A stretch of DNA of 64,000 bases from Takakia lepidozioides (lineage: Eukaryota > Plantae > Bryophyta), in the NCBI GenBank assembly GCA_030704615.1, contig CM060732.1, forward strand, positions 71,548,001 to 71,612,000. Reading direction: 5' to 3'. The position numbers and the translations under genes are program-made. Shown here piece after piece: positions 13,289 to 26,740 of the stretch. The stretch's first letter is position 1, and every line of letters begins with the position of its first letter. The notes beneath the pieces are model-generated. The model was given only the letters and a program-made list of their open reading frames with translations. It had not been told where the DNA came from and searched no databases.

Positions 13289-15590
13289 CACCTAGCCATT
13301 GAAGATTATAGGTTTTTATACTTCTAAAAAAAAATGACACCCAAAATCCAAAAAACAAGATGAGCTATGGACTTTTCATAAAACGCCTATTGTTTTACAT
13401 ATATTAGTCCATATGAGTCAAATGACAAATGACTTTGCCACTTCAAATCCATACCTATGATATGGACCAAAATGGCCACTTTATGTCCAAATTTCAATGG
13501 AATTCACTAATGGCACATAGGAGAACTTGAGTCCATTGTAATTTCATTCATTGCGGTAACAGTCCACAATGACGATGTTCAAAAGTCCATAGCGGAGTCA
13601 TTTCTTATCGGATTCATGATTGGAGCGTTGTTATGGGTGTGTATAGAAGCTAGGAATCCAATAACATATATATTTTCTGGTTTTAATGAGTTAATTCAAT
13701 TTCAATTGATGACACCATCAATTGCAGTCATCTAAAACTGTACTGATAACGTCCATTTTGGTCCAGTCAACCCTGCATTCACCCGGCATCAAGAGGGGAT
13801 GTGTATGTCGATTTGCAGTGAAGCAATGCTATTTGAACCCTGACATTGCAGAGGTCGTCTACTACGGGAAGAGACACATTAATCGGGATGGAGACATATG
13901 CCATGGGCCAGCACATGTTTCCGGTCGGGTTGCTTTAGCCCCCCACATCAGCGAAAAAATGAAATCATGGGTATTGCATAACTTGTGCCTCGGACTAAGC
14001 ATTAACAAAATCATGGCGAAGCACATGCAGCGGATGAAGGAGACTATGGAAAGTGGGTTGGAGGCAGATCATGACACATTCCTCCTGTCCTGGGACATTC
14101 GCAACATTGCCAACAAGTGTGATGAGGAAACATTTAAAAAACACCCAAATGATGCTCGTAGTGTGCGGATGTGGGTGGAAGCAAACCCTGAAAGTGTTTT
14201 CTACTACCAGGAAAAGTCCAACCACCCTGCCTGGTCTTCTAATAACCGAAAACTCGACCTTCCATTTGTCTTGGGCATACAGACACAATGGGAGAAAAAA
14301 TAGATGGTGATTCACGGTCATTCTCGAATTGTGGCATGCGATGCAACATTCGGGACAAACGAGAAAAATGCGTGTTCCATGTTCACGAACTGTCTGCCCA
14401 CATTCCACAAACTATTATGTACATGAACAGAACTCGTAACCCCCTCCTTCCTCTATATTCCTAATGTTTTATGGTGCATGCTTGTGATTGTAGTATCTTT
14501 TGTACACCATGATGGTGTTTGATGAGTGGCTGAATGGTATTCCAGTCACATACATAATCACGGCCAGGTGCAAAGCCACTGATCTGCGACCTTGGATGGA
14601 GGCACTAAATGGAGAAATGAAAGCCTGCAAGGCCGATTGGCGACCCAATGCCTTCATTGTGGACGACGCGGATGCGGAAATCGCTGCTATCAGGTAACTC
14701 CACCAAAGACATTGTTGTAGCTCTTACATGGGTTTAGTATACACATGTGTTATAGTCATTCAATCTCACAGGAAACAGCTCTGTGTGGGGGGATTATGCA
14801 ATTTACTTGTGCTTGTGGCATGTTCGGCGAGCCTGGCAAAAGAATGTGGTCTCCAAGATCCGAGATGCAGAAGTTCGTGCCGCTGTGTTACAGGATCTTG
14901 CAAACTTGATCATGTACGACAGAAAAGGCACGTCCGGGGATGTAGGTGAGGCATGGGCAGTATACCAAATCATCTCCTTGCGGGAGAAGTACCCTAACGA
15001 GACTGTATTCTACGACTACATGGACACCGAGTGGCTTCCGAAAGCCAAAATGTGGATGAAATGTTCTAGAAACATTCCCCATGCCTCTCAAGATACTAAT
15101 GCTGCCATTGAAGCTTATCATGGGAACCTTAAAGCGCAATTGAAGTGCACCAAAAATGTCTTGACTAGCAGGAGGGTGGATTGGCTCATCTCTGAACTCA
15201 CTGGTGATGTCCTAACCCATTACTAGTACACGTCTCATGCAAAAGCATATGGATTTGTCCGAAACAAACGGCTGGAGGGGTTTGTGTGCAGTTCTATATT
15301 GCTTGCCAAGCACATTCCAGATGCCAACGTCCGGCTGCCACATATCCCCGGTGGCCCCGCAACAGTTCAATGCCCCCGTGATTTGGGTACGACATTCACA
15401 ATCCACAAACCCGAATCACAGTGGGCTTCCTGTGATTGCCCTTGGGCCCAAAAGGGCAATTTGTGCGCACACCAGGTGAAGGTTTTGAAGATGATCCACC
15501 CTCATCTCTAGGATGGGCTGATTGCAAAGTTTTGTGGAACTCTCATGGGCACATGTAAAGGTGGCCAAAAACAATTGAACACACATCCAA
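11854..15590 (+). pseudogene. MULE-type DDE transposase with C-terminal SWIM zinc finger, copy 1 (spliced, premature stops, interrupted by an AT-rich insert at ~13052-13760)
   Basis: Motifs IPWSRVNDFITGE, KRGCVCRFAVK, ACDATFGTN, PNAFIVDDADAE, LCLWHVRRAW, TNAAIEAYHGNLK and SWIM CDCPWAQKGNLCAH. In-frame TAGs at 14301, 15224 and 15509. GC-rich left flank from ~11260; termini not identified. Confidence 0.82.
13234..13286. repeat. (TA)n microsatellite
   Basis: Perfect TA run of about 26 units. Confidence 0.97.
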
Positions 15591-17774
15591 ATTGATCTCC
15601 TCCAAAAAAATTTGAGATTTTTGATAAATGGAAAAATTGAGCTTTACCTCAAAAATTGTGTTATCTTCCTAATTCCTCAATTGAGTGAATTTGTCCCTTA
15701 TTTGTAAGACCTCCAAAACAATTTCTTTACAATGTTCAATAGACATTGCATTATCTTGCTCAAAACTTACTTTATCAAATAAGAATGTGGCAACGTGATC
15801 ATCAACAAATTCCACCTTCATGTGTAAGAGTTGATTTTCTTGTTACAAAATCTCACTATCCAGTAATGATTTCTCCTTCTCCATTGTTGTTCTATCTGAC
15901 TTTGCTTTCAAGGTCAAAATCTCACTCTGAAAATGCTCCTCATTTATTTGCCACAAAGCTTCGGCTTCAAAATCTTTAGCCCGGATCTCTTCTAAATTTG
16001 TCGTTTGAGCCAAATTCAATTGAACAACCAAATCTTGATTCCTTCCCTTCAAGTCTTTGAGTTTGGCCTTCGAATGCAAAATATCATGTTTTGAATAACA
16101 CATTTGATGTACTAGATCTATTTCAAGTGATGTCATATGGGAATTTGACTCCACATACTGCAAAAGATTTGAGTTTTTCTCTTGCAACCTATTTATTTCA
16201 TTACGATGAACAAAATTCTCGTCTGGAATTTTCTGAATCACATTGTGAAAGTTCAAATAACAATTATAAATATATGCTGCCCTAGGGGTTGTAGGGAAAA
16301 ATTCCTTCATCTCAAATTGGTATGTAGTTGCTTAACATCTAAGAAAGTTGAAAAATTGAAAAAACAGCTTTAAAAACAAAATCAATAACACAAAACTTCA
16401 CATACTATAATTTTAATCGAATTGAAAACACTCATCCCATATCACTTTCTTCATAATTCTCCCCGGTAGCGAGCCAAATGTTGAATAGCTTATGCAATTC
16501 CACCACCATCGAGAAAATGATGCAGAGACAACTTAACTTATAATGTTCATAACGTATAACATTCCAGACAAGAACTATGTACAAAGATGACGCAGATGCA
16601 TTACCTTGTGGAGGAAGGGTGCTCACCTCCTCATTCCTACGTTAAACAACACTTCAGATGGCCAAGGACTCGCAGGAGACCAATCCATGTTTCTACACCA
16701 ACAAAGTCAATGATAAGCTAAAGTGGACGCCATAGAATCTACCAAACTCATCCCAACCCTAAAATAGAAAACAACAAATTGTGATTTGAAGTTCTAATCT
16801 GTGTGATTTAAGCATGTTACAATGGAAGGCTGAATATCGTAAATGTATTTTAATTGTGATGCAGTGGAAGTTTAGGCCATGATGGTTTTGATGTGACTAT
16901 GACCAGACTATGATTAGGGTGGCTAGAGTGGAGAGTAGAAAACCAACCCAGCCAACATGAAGTGGAGTAATTTGCAATTGGAGTGTATCTGTTTTATTTT
17001 TGAATGAATGTATGAATGTTTGCTTTACAAGTGAGAAGGAAATCTGAATGTATGCGTGGTCTATTGTGATCAATTAGGATTCAGACGATTGCACATTGAT
17101 TTGTATGATTCAGTCACTTGAATATATATATTATCTAGTGACAACCTTCTTCCTTGTTGTTCTCCCCGCGTTCAATCTTGATCCACTTTGACAGTCTATG
17201 TTATTAATCAATTGATTATACAGAAGAGAAACAAACTAACATCCATACAACTTCATAACATCAAAACACAATTGAAACACAACATACACGTCCATAGAAT
17301 ACACATTGTCACATTCAACTGAACACAATAAACTTTGCATCAAATCCAAATCTCTACTCAATTATAATTAAATTGCTCACCAACACTAATATAAAATACC
17401 CAAAAGTCATGATTCGAATAGAGTCATCAAGATCCGATGAAAGGGAAAATAACCGATATTGATGGTTCTAATAAATTGTAACCTCTACAGCCTTATTCAC
17501 ACTATCATATGTCTACGCAAATATCTATTGGACTCCAAAGGCCATAAAATGGTCACAATGTCAAAATTTAAAGTCCCCAAGATTTCCGGATATTTCTACA
17601 CCAAAACCACACACTCCCACTTTGAAGGTTTTGGAGGTACTTTAGGTCTTGGGCGTTGCTCCACGGAATCTCTATTTGCTCGAGAGAGATAGGTGAGTTC
17701 AATGCACCAATGTCGGAGAGTTCGAGAGACTGAACAAGTGCATTTTTGAATTTAAAACGGCCGTCTACAAACCT

Positions 17775-18062
17775 TGTTGACAGAGTTTATAACTCTACGC
17801 ACATCTACAATTAAGATTCCAAAGCCAGAGTCCTACAATCTGTGTAGCCAGACATAAGAGAGAGAAATAGTAAGTGAGAGACAAACAAGACGACAGTTCT
17901 TGATGCTTGAAAAACAAGATACATGATAGTCACGCTGTTCACGTCTATTTGTATTTTCTCCAGTAACGAGCAATCAACATCAATTTGACCAGCTGTCACT
18001 AATTCAAAATCAAACTACACGTGATGACGGTGTGCACGGATGTAAATCGTTGCAATCCTACA
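17775..18062 (-). repeat. Copia 3' LTR
   Basis: Direct repeat of 36267-36552 with TG...CA ends and a purine tract (sense TGAGTGGGAC) on the inner side. Confidence 0.93.
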
Positions 18063-20399
18063 GTCCCACTCAGACACATAAGCTTCATGCATGAGCCTTA
18101 GGGTACTGGCACTATGTCTGCCATGCTCATAAATATGATAAACTTATTAGCTGGTAGAGCCTTAGTAACACTAGAAGAAAAATGCGGAATAACCACTGGC
18201 CCTTTAACCACTACTGTCTTTTTCCACTCTATAAACCACTAATAACCACTTGCCAGTGGTTAATCCCAATGAAATGCCACAGTGGCATCACAAACAGTGG
18301 TTGGAAGTGGTTTCAACCACTCAGTAGTCCACGTGTAATAATTTGTTTTTTAATTTATTATTATTTATTTGATAATATATTTTAATTAATAAATATAATA
18401 TTCCACGTGGACGAGTGCAGTGGTACATTGTGAGTGGTTATAGACACCTCAGTGATAGGAAGTGGTTGAAACCACTTGCTACTCCACGTGCAATAATTCA
18501 AATTTTATTTATGATTTATGAGGAAATATATTTTAATTATTAAATATAATATTCCACGTGGACGGGGACAGTGCACGTTGATCTTGAGTGGTTAAAGACA
18601 CCTCATTGATTTGTACCACTTTGATAGTGGTGGAGAGTGGGTGGTGAAAGACACTGCAGTAATTGGAAAACCACTATTCTAGTGGTTGCTCATGAGTGGT
18701 TGCCTACACAACAGTGATTGGTACCACCTTTGTGGTGATACATGAAGTACTTTAAGTGGTTTATGCAGCTGTGACAAACTTTGAAAAACAGACAAGTATC
18801 CAGACCATTATAGGATGATGCTATTGAACAAATGGTTCCAACAATAAACTTTATGATGAATCTGAAACATATTCGTCACCCTTTGAATCACTTTCCTCAA
18901 CTGGAATAACGGTTGGTTGTACAAATGCCGCTTAAATGCAGGTAGCCAACATAGCCAAGTCTTCAGTCTCTCATGTTAGCTCTAGAATGTTATGTGGTTA
19001 AACACACCTCAGTGATTAGTACCACTTGGATAGTGGTACATAGTGAGTGGTTAAAGACACCTTAGTGACTGGTACCACTCTTGTGGTGATACATGAAAAT
19101 GTTTAAGTGGTTTGTGCATCTATGGCAAACTTTAAAAAACATACAAGTGTCCAAATCATTGTAGGATGATGTTATTGATGGTTCCAAACAATCAACTTTA
19201 TTCTGAATCTGAATCACAGTATTCATTCTCTGAAGCACTTTCCTCAATTGGAACAATGTTTGGTCATACAAAACTAACTTGAAATATGGTAGCCAACCTA
19301 GCCAACTCTTCTCCACTTAGAGCCGTGGCACCATCTAATGACCTAGGTATGGGCTGATCTGATAAGGTAGAGGGTGCCCGTAGACCATCAAAATTTGCAT
19401 TTTCTCCAATGTCCAAACTTCAATGATGAATTTTAGAATGAAAATAAATTAAGCCAGTTCCAAAAATACAAAATTTCCAAATAATTGAACTCACTGTAAG
19501 GCTTGAAAATAGTTGTTTACATTTCATTCAAATTTATATATGTCACATCTAGTAGATAAGCCTGATAATTTGTGAGTTGTAGCTCCTAGGTGTTTCTATT
19601 TATTTTTTATTTTAAAAAATAGATAATCTAATATACTTTGGAAAAATCTATAGACTTTTTGCAAGAGCCCAAACATGAGGTGTAGGTGGGTAGCATTGTA
19701 AGCCCCGAAGCTATCCCCCCAAAACCTATGTCAAACAGGTTTCATATGACCTGGATATGGCCAACATGCATTACATAATTTAAATTTGGTCATATTAATT
19801 AGTTCATTTTTGCCTGCCTTTATCGATTTCTACTACCACTTCCAAAAAAAAAAAAAAACATTGTACTCATTACAATAAAGTGAAATTCACATACCGTACC
19901 ACATATAAAAAGGACGTAGCAGGATTTGAGCCCCAAACCACTGGGGTAACAAAAAATGTACTATCCAATAAAAGTTCAAAATAATTCAAAATAGATTTAG
20001 GGTTGCGGGGTAGTGTGTTGAACGATGAGTCTTGGACTTGGTCGTTTTTCTTTGTTTGTGTCGTGGGATGATTTGCAGGTGCATAGTTAGGGTCCGAGAT
20101 GGAAGCTTTGGAGACCACATGTGTTCAAGCGATGCGGGGAGGGTTGAAGCTCGACAACTTCCTAGCTTTTTCATACGGCCCTCAATATCGTCCTCTCCAC
20201 CCTCCTCTCTACCCCATCTTTCTTTCACATTATCTGCTTTTCCTTAGTCCACGTCCAAGCGCTCTCCAACTCTCCATCAATCTCGTTCCCACCCTCTTCA
20301 TTTCTCATGCTTTTGCTGCAGTAGATCGCTCGAGACTTGGGTCTTCTCTTGCCGGTTCTTTAGGGGCACCATTGCTAGGATGTTGTATTCTACGGCTCA

Positions 20400-20700
20400 G
20401 CCATTTACATATTCATGAAGGGAAAAGAGGTCCATGGTGACATCATCAAGGCTAGAATAGTACCAGATGTCATTCTGAACAATACCCTTGTTGATATGTA
20501 TGCCAAATGTGGGAGCACTGTGGATGCAAATGAAGTGTTTGATAGGCAAACGAGATGTGGTGTTCTGGAGTGCTATGATTGCAAGACATGCACAACATGG
20601 ATATGGGGGATGGAGGCTTTGGAGATCTGTGAGCAAATGCACATCAGTAGGGGGTGAAGCTAGACCTAGTCACATTCATTTTTGTTGTGCCCTATCTTCA
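20400..20700 (+). pseudogene. Captured PLS-class PPR gene fragment inside the CACTA
   Basis: GKEVHGDIIKARIVPDVILNNTLVDMYAKCGSTVDANEVFD, then a frameshift to RDVVFWSAMIARHAQHGYG and MEALEICEQM. Confidence 0.88.
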
Positions 20701-22440
20701 TGCCAATTTCTCCAATTTGGGTGTGCTATGGCTTGGTGGATTTGTAGCAAGTATGGTGATGAAGATATGCTAGACTTTAGAGCCATAATGATTTTCAAGG
20801 GGTTGTGGTCTGGCCCCCAATATAGCTACACTTGTTGCTCGAGTTTCCAGCCATTTAGCTACTTTGATTGGGCCTATATTCTTGCCAATTCCTCCATTTG
20901 TGATGTGCTATGGCTTGGAACATTTCTAACAACTAGTGTGATCAAGTTATGGTGGCCTCCTGAGCTCTTAATTTTCTTAAGGGGTTGTGGTCTGGCCCCC
21001 AACAGATCTGCACTTGTTGTTCAAGTTTCCGGACGTTCAGGTACTCAGATGGGCCTATCTCCTTGCCAATTGCTCCAATTGTGGTGTGTTATGGCTTGAA
21101 ACATTGCTGACAACTAGTGTGAACAAGTTATTGTGGCCTCATGATCTCTGAATTTTCTTAAGGGGTTTTGGTCTTGGCCCTAACAGATTTGCACTGGTAG
21201 TTCAAGTTTTCGGACGGTCAACTATTCAGATGGATCTATCTCTTTGCCAATTGCTCCAATTGTGGTGTGGTATGGCTTGAAACATTTCTAAAAACTAGTG
21301 TGATCAAGTTATGGTGGCCTCCTGAGCTCTTAATTTTCTTAAGGGGTTGTGGTCTGGCCCCCAACAGATCTGCACTTGTTGTTCAAATTTCCGAACGTTC
21401 GGGTACTCAGATGGGCCTATCTCCTTGCCAATTGCTCCAATTGTGGTGTGGTATGGCTTGAAACATTTCTAACAATAGTGTGATCAAGTTATTGTGGCCT
21501 CATGAACTCTGAATTTTCTTAAGGGGTTTTGGTCTGGCCCCCAACAGATCTGCACTTGTAGTTCAAGTTTTCGGACGTTCAACTATTCAGGTGGGCCTAC
21601 CTCCTTGCCAATTGTGTTGTGCTATGGCTTGAAAATTTTCTAACAACTAGTGTGATCAAGTTATGGTGGCCTCCTGAGCTTTGAAGTTCTTAAGGGGTTG
21701 TGGTCTAGCCCCCAACAAATCTGCACTTGTAGTTCAAGTTTCCGGACGTTCAACTATTCAGATGGGCCTATCTCCTTGCCAATTGCTCCAATTGTGGTGT
21801 GCTATGGCTTGGATAATTTCTCAAAACTAGTGTGATAAACATATTATGACCTCCAGAGATTTAAGGGGTTGTGGTCTGGCCCCCACCAGATCTGCACTTG
21901 TTGTTCATGTTTCCGGACGTGTAGGTACTCAAATGGGCATATGTTCTTGCCAATTGCTCCAATTGTGGTGTGCTATGGCTTGATACATTTCTAACAACTA
22001 GTATGATTAGGTTATGGTGACCTACTGAGATCTGAATTTTCTTAAGGGGTTGTGGTCTGGCCCCCAATAGATCTGCATTTGTTGTTAAGTTTCCGGACGT
22101 GTAGGTACTCAAATGGGCCTATCTTCTTGCCAACTGCTCCAGTTTGGGTGGGCTATGGCTTGGTGGATCTGTTACAAGTAGGGTGATGAAGATATGTAAC
22201 CTCCACATCCATAAACATTTATAAGGGGTTCTAGTCTGGCCCGCAATAGATCTGCACTTGTCATTCAAGTTTCCAAATGTACAGGTACTCAAATGGGCCT
22301 ATCTTCTTGTCATTTTCTCTAGTTTAGGTGGGCTATGGCTTGGTGGATTTGTTACAAGTAGGGTGATGAAGATATGATAGCTTCTAGAACCATAATGGTT
22401 TCTAAGGGGTTGCGGTCTGGCCCCTAGCAGATTTGCTTGG
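20690..22440. repeat. About 181-bp tandem repeat, ~9-10 units, inside the CACTA
   Basis: Recurring AAGGGGTTGTGGTCTGGCCCCCAACAGATCTGCACTTG...CTTGCCAATTGCTCCAATTGTGGTGTG; equivalent positions at 20941, 21122 and 21303. Confidence 0.93.
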
Positions 22441-25254
22441 AAGCTGCAGAATCGGCCACATTGAATTCTGATAATTAGCTGATTGAGTGAACCTTTGATA
22501 GTTTGGAGTGACTGACATGATACTGCCAATGTGACAATAGGAAAGTATCCAGAAACATATAACAGAGATCATGAGGAGAAGTTGTGGAATGAATACTTTT
22601 CTGACTCCAGCCAATGGTGGGACAATCGAGGCATGAAGGTGAATGCTTGTTGGATTATAGAGAGTAGCAGATGCAATTGAGCATAGGAACTAGTGTGATA
22701 AGTAGGGTTGGGGTGTTTGTTGGAACAACTCTAGGCTGTCATTGTCAGCTGCTAGCAGCAAGCCAAGGATGAATGCATGATTTGTGCAGAGACATGGATA
22801 GCTGAAGGAGCAGAGATAGAGTGTGGGTCCAGATTCATCCAAGAGGGCCAGATTTCAAGCATAAGGTTACCTATGATTCCATGTGGATCAATAGCTACAA
22901 GAAACCTGCATGGGTAGATGGTCTATCACTGACCAAAAAGTAGGAAAGTAGTTCATGGCTTTTAGCATGCCTGCGGAGACGTAGTGTAGATGTAGTATGT
23001 CACCCTTTATCATGGTTGGATTTTATTGACTCTGTTCCAACGCTTATTGTCTTGGATTATATTCTGTTTTTTGAATGGTGAATCTTAAGAGTATTTGGAT
23101 TTGCAGATTCATTTGGAATGTGTGGGAATTGTAGGAGAATTGTATGGGAATGTATGAATCACTTACACACCACTCTGTTAGTGGTATATGTAAGACTGTG
23201 ACAGTAGGCAAGAGTGGTTGTACTCCTCCATGTAGCCCCAATCACTTACATACCACTCTGGTAGTAATAACTCAAATACATGGTTCCTACTTGGTGGGAC
23301 ACACTGACTGACTTCGTGTGAATACGGACACGTGTCCGTCGATTGCTAAGTATGATCGACGGATTGGCTGCGTCCATGTCGCATACGGTGGAAGTGGTAT
23401 GTTGTAAAGTGGTTGGTTTACCACTGTGACACTTCAGATGTGATTTGGCTTACCACTGTGACACATAAGCGAACAGCTGAACTCGGAGGCAAGTGATCGT
23501 AACCACTGTCTTTACCACTTCAGACATGTCATGTCTTTAACCACTGCTGAGTCAAGATCCACTGGTTCTAGACCACTTTGGGGCCAGAGTGGTTGGGTGT
23601 CTTTTCCCACTCAAAATGAGTGGTTACCAGAGTGGTTATTCCGCGTTTTTCTTCTAGTGTAAACATGTCTGCAAGCTAATCCTGCATAGGAACATAAGCT
23701 ATGTCTACCTCCCCTTCAACCTGCTTGTCCCACACATAGTGATAATGGATATCTATGTGCTTTGTACGCTTGTGAAATTCAGGATTTCTCACCAAACGAA
23801 TAGCACTCTGATTATTTGACAATAAATCAGTTGCTCCCTCCTGCTTATACCCTATGTCCTAAGTCAACAACCTTCAAACCCAGATAGTCTCCTTTGTTGT
23901 TGTACATGCAGCCACATATTCAGACTTGGTTGTAGAGGTTGATGTGCATTTCTGGAATTGGCTGCTCCATGCGAATGGACCTTCGTTCATCAAGAAAATG
24001 AATCATGTCCTGGACTTGCGATTCTCCAGATCTCCCCCATAGTCCGCATCGCAATATCCCGTCAACGTATTCTTAGCCTGTTCACTGCTCCCACTGACAC
24101 AAATCCCATAGTTTAGTGTGACCTTTAATTATTTAAATATCTGTTTCACGGAATTCCAGTGAGATGTTCTTGGACAATGTGAATATTTTGCTGCACAACT
24201 GACACGTAGGCAATGTCAGTTGTTTGCCCAACATCGCAAACATGAGTGAGCCAACTGCCTCCAACTCACTATTACCTCTTTTATTATTTTCATATTGTTC
24301 AGCCACATGCAAGCTGCTCAATCTTGCATTAGGGTCAGTGGGCTTGCAGCATCAATTCCAAAACGTTTGATGATGTGAGCAATATACCTCTTCTGATCCA
24401 GGTACATTGATATCTTCTCCATGTCTCTGGTTATTTGCAATCCCATGTAACAGTCGACTTCTCCTGCTTTCACGTCAAAATGCAGATTCAAGTATCTGAT
24501 GATCTCATCCAATTTTGATTGATCACGGCTGCAAACAATTCCATCATCTACGAAGATTGCTATAATAGTCTCTGATGCACCATCACTGTAATATACACAG
24601 CAGTCAGCCTGGCTAGGCTTTAGGTCATACTTCACAAGAAAGTGATTGAACTTCTCGTTCCATGCCCTGCATGCTTGTTTAAGCCCATATAAACTTTTCT
24701 TTGAGCTTTTCTTCAAAATACAGACTTCATCTTCACGTCCTCTTTCCACATAACCCTCTGGTTGCATCATATAAAGTTCTTTGTCCAAATCTCCATTCAG
24801 GAAAGTTGTTTTCACGTCAAACTGGACTATGCTCAAGATCGTCCTGATCGAATCAAACTTGACAACTGGGGCGAAAGTCTCATCATAGTCTATGCCCTGT
24901 TGCTGTGAACATCCTTTAGCAACTACTCTTGCTTTGAACATCTTAATTGTGCCATCCGATTTCTGTTTGACCTTAAACACTCATTTGCACTTTATGGCTG
25001 TTCTCCCTGGTGGCAATTTGCGTAGAACCCATGTTCTGTTATGCAGCAATGATTGATACTCTTCAGACATGGCTTCTCTCCAGCTCTCCGAATGTTCAGA
25101 CTTAATGGCTTCCTGATAGGTTCTAGGCTCATCAGGTAAAGACTCAGCTTCCGCTAAACATACATGAGATGATTTCTGCCTCCTTCCTTCGTTTGGCACG
25201 TTTAACACATATTCACTCAGTCTACTCGGTGGTCTCCTTTCCCTATGTGGATTA

Positions 25255-26704
25255 AGAGAGAGAGAGAGAGAGAGAGAAGACTCCGGCCGTAGCCAGTGTA
25301 ACTAAGAGCCACTTCACCTTTCCGCTACTGCCCCCTTTCGGGGGTGGGCCCTATAGTAGTAAGGGTGTCCAGTGGGACATCAGGTAACCAAGGAGAGATA
25401 GAGGGGAGGGCTGCTATGAACTCCATGGGTTCCCAGGGGGGCCCTGGGGGACCCAGGGTGCGCTAGAGGGGCTAGCTTCGAGTTGGTGTTTGTTGGTGAT
25501 AATGGCTATGAGGGAGCGGAGTGCTGTAAGATGGATTGCTTTGAAACATAGATGGATTGAGAGAATGGGTATTTTGAAGTTGTCATGCAGATCATTAATA
25601 CTGGCGTTGTGTATGCCGCCCCGGGTTCCGGTAGTGATGACTGTGAGCGGGCTAGTCTTCCAATCCTACCGGCGAATTGCAAGAATGAGTGGGGCGTATT
25701 TTTGCCGTTTTTCCAAGATTGAGTCGTGAGGGTATTGATCATGACAGAATGTAAACTCGATAAAGTAGATGGTGAGCTACGGGGATGGTGAAGTAGGTGG
25801 CGAGGCTTGAACGGGCAGCCCTTGGATAATGAGTATGTCCGGGCAGAGCCGGGCGGGGCATGAGCAGGGTACTCGGGTGCACGTGCATGGTAGGAGCCAT
25901 GGTGGTACAGTGTGGTCTGGTGGTCTCCCTTGGAATGTACCGGCGTTAATGAGGGTGAACCATCGGTTTCGGCACACTTTGTGAATAGTTTGTGGAGATG
26001 CCAGACTGCTTGGCTGTGTCGGGTGATATGAAGACCATGGATGAGCGGATGCGTGCATTGGCTAAGGAGGTGCGGCCAGGTATCACGTGCATTGTGAGTT
26101 GTGGAGCACAGTGGGCAGTAAGGTGATGGAAAGCGATGTGGCCAAAAAATGTGTTTGCGTTGGTAACCCATGTATTGGGCGTATCTGATTTTAAGTGTCT
26201 GGCGGATTTGTGCATCAGTGGTAGCTTTGGTTTGCCAGAAGTGGTTCAAGAGTTTGTGGTGTAATACCTCGGATTGGGTCCATTTTTGAATATGCACTTT
26301 GGTATGACTGATAGAGGCTGCGGCCTTTTCGTTTGCTTCTCGGGTGAGGGTGGCCAAGAGATTGCGTGTGGGTCGTGGTGCGGTCAGGTTCGGAACTGGG
26401 TGTATAAACCAAAAAGGGTAGGAGTGGACGATGTGGATAGGGTTGTTCGTGGGGTTAACTTTGAGTTTGGTGGCACCGAGCTGAGCAAGGAGGTCGGCCT
26501 CCTCATTCCCTTGAATGCCAGTGTGCGAGCATACTTTGAGTAGGTGTACTGGGTGCTTTATAGAGGCGGCTACGTTGACAATGGCTGAGATGAGGTTGCG
26601 GTCTGGATGATGGTGGTGGGAGGAGGGGCGGGCAATGTGGTTGCGGATGAGGAATAAAGAGGTAAGGCTGTCAGTAAAGATTAAGTGTGTGTGGGGGTGG
26701 GGAA

Positions 26705-26740
<36 letters not shown>

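Larger units (their letters stand above)
18169..23659. mobile_element. Non-autonomous CACTA/EnSpm DNA transposon nested in the Copia RNase H region
   Basis: TIRs CACTAGAAGAAAAATGCGGAATAACCACT and AGTGGTTATTCCGCGTTTTTCTTCTAGTG, 3-bp TSD TAA, and dense AACCACT/AGTGGTT subterminal motifs at both ends. No transposase ORF seen. Confidence 0.95.

Noticed and set aside
15843-16310. 155-aa coiled-coil-like ORF on the minus strand
   Set aside because: No identifiable domain; lies in AT-rich TE-like debris.
26705-26739. Long poly-G tract
   Set aside because: A homopolymer expansion absent from the equivalent site of the inverted copy, so most likely slippage or a sequencing artefact.
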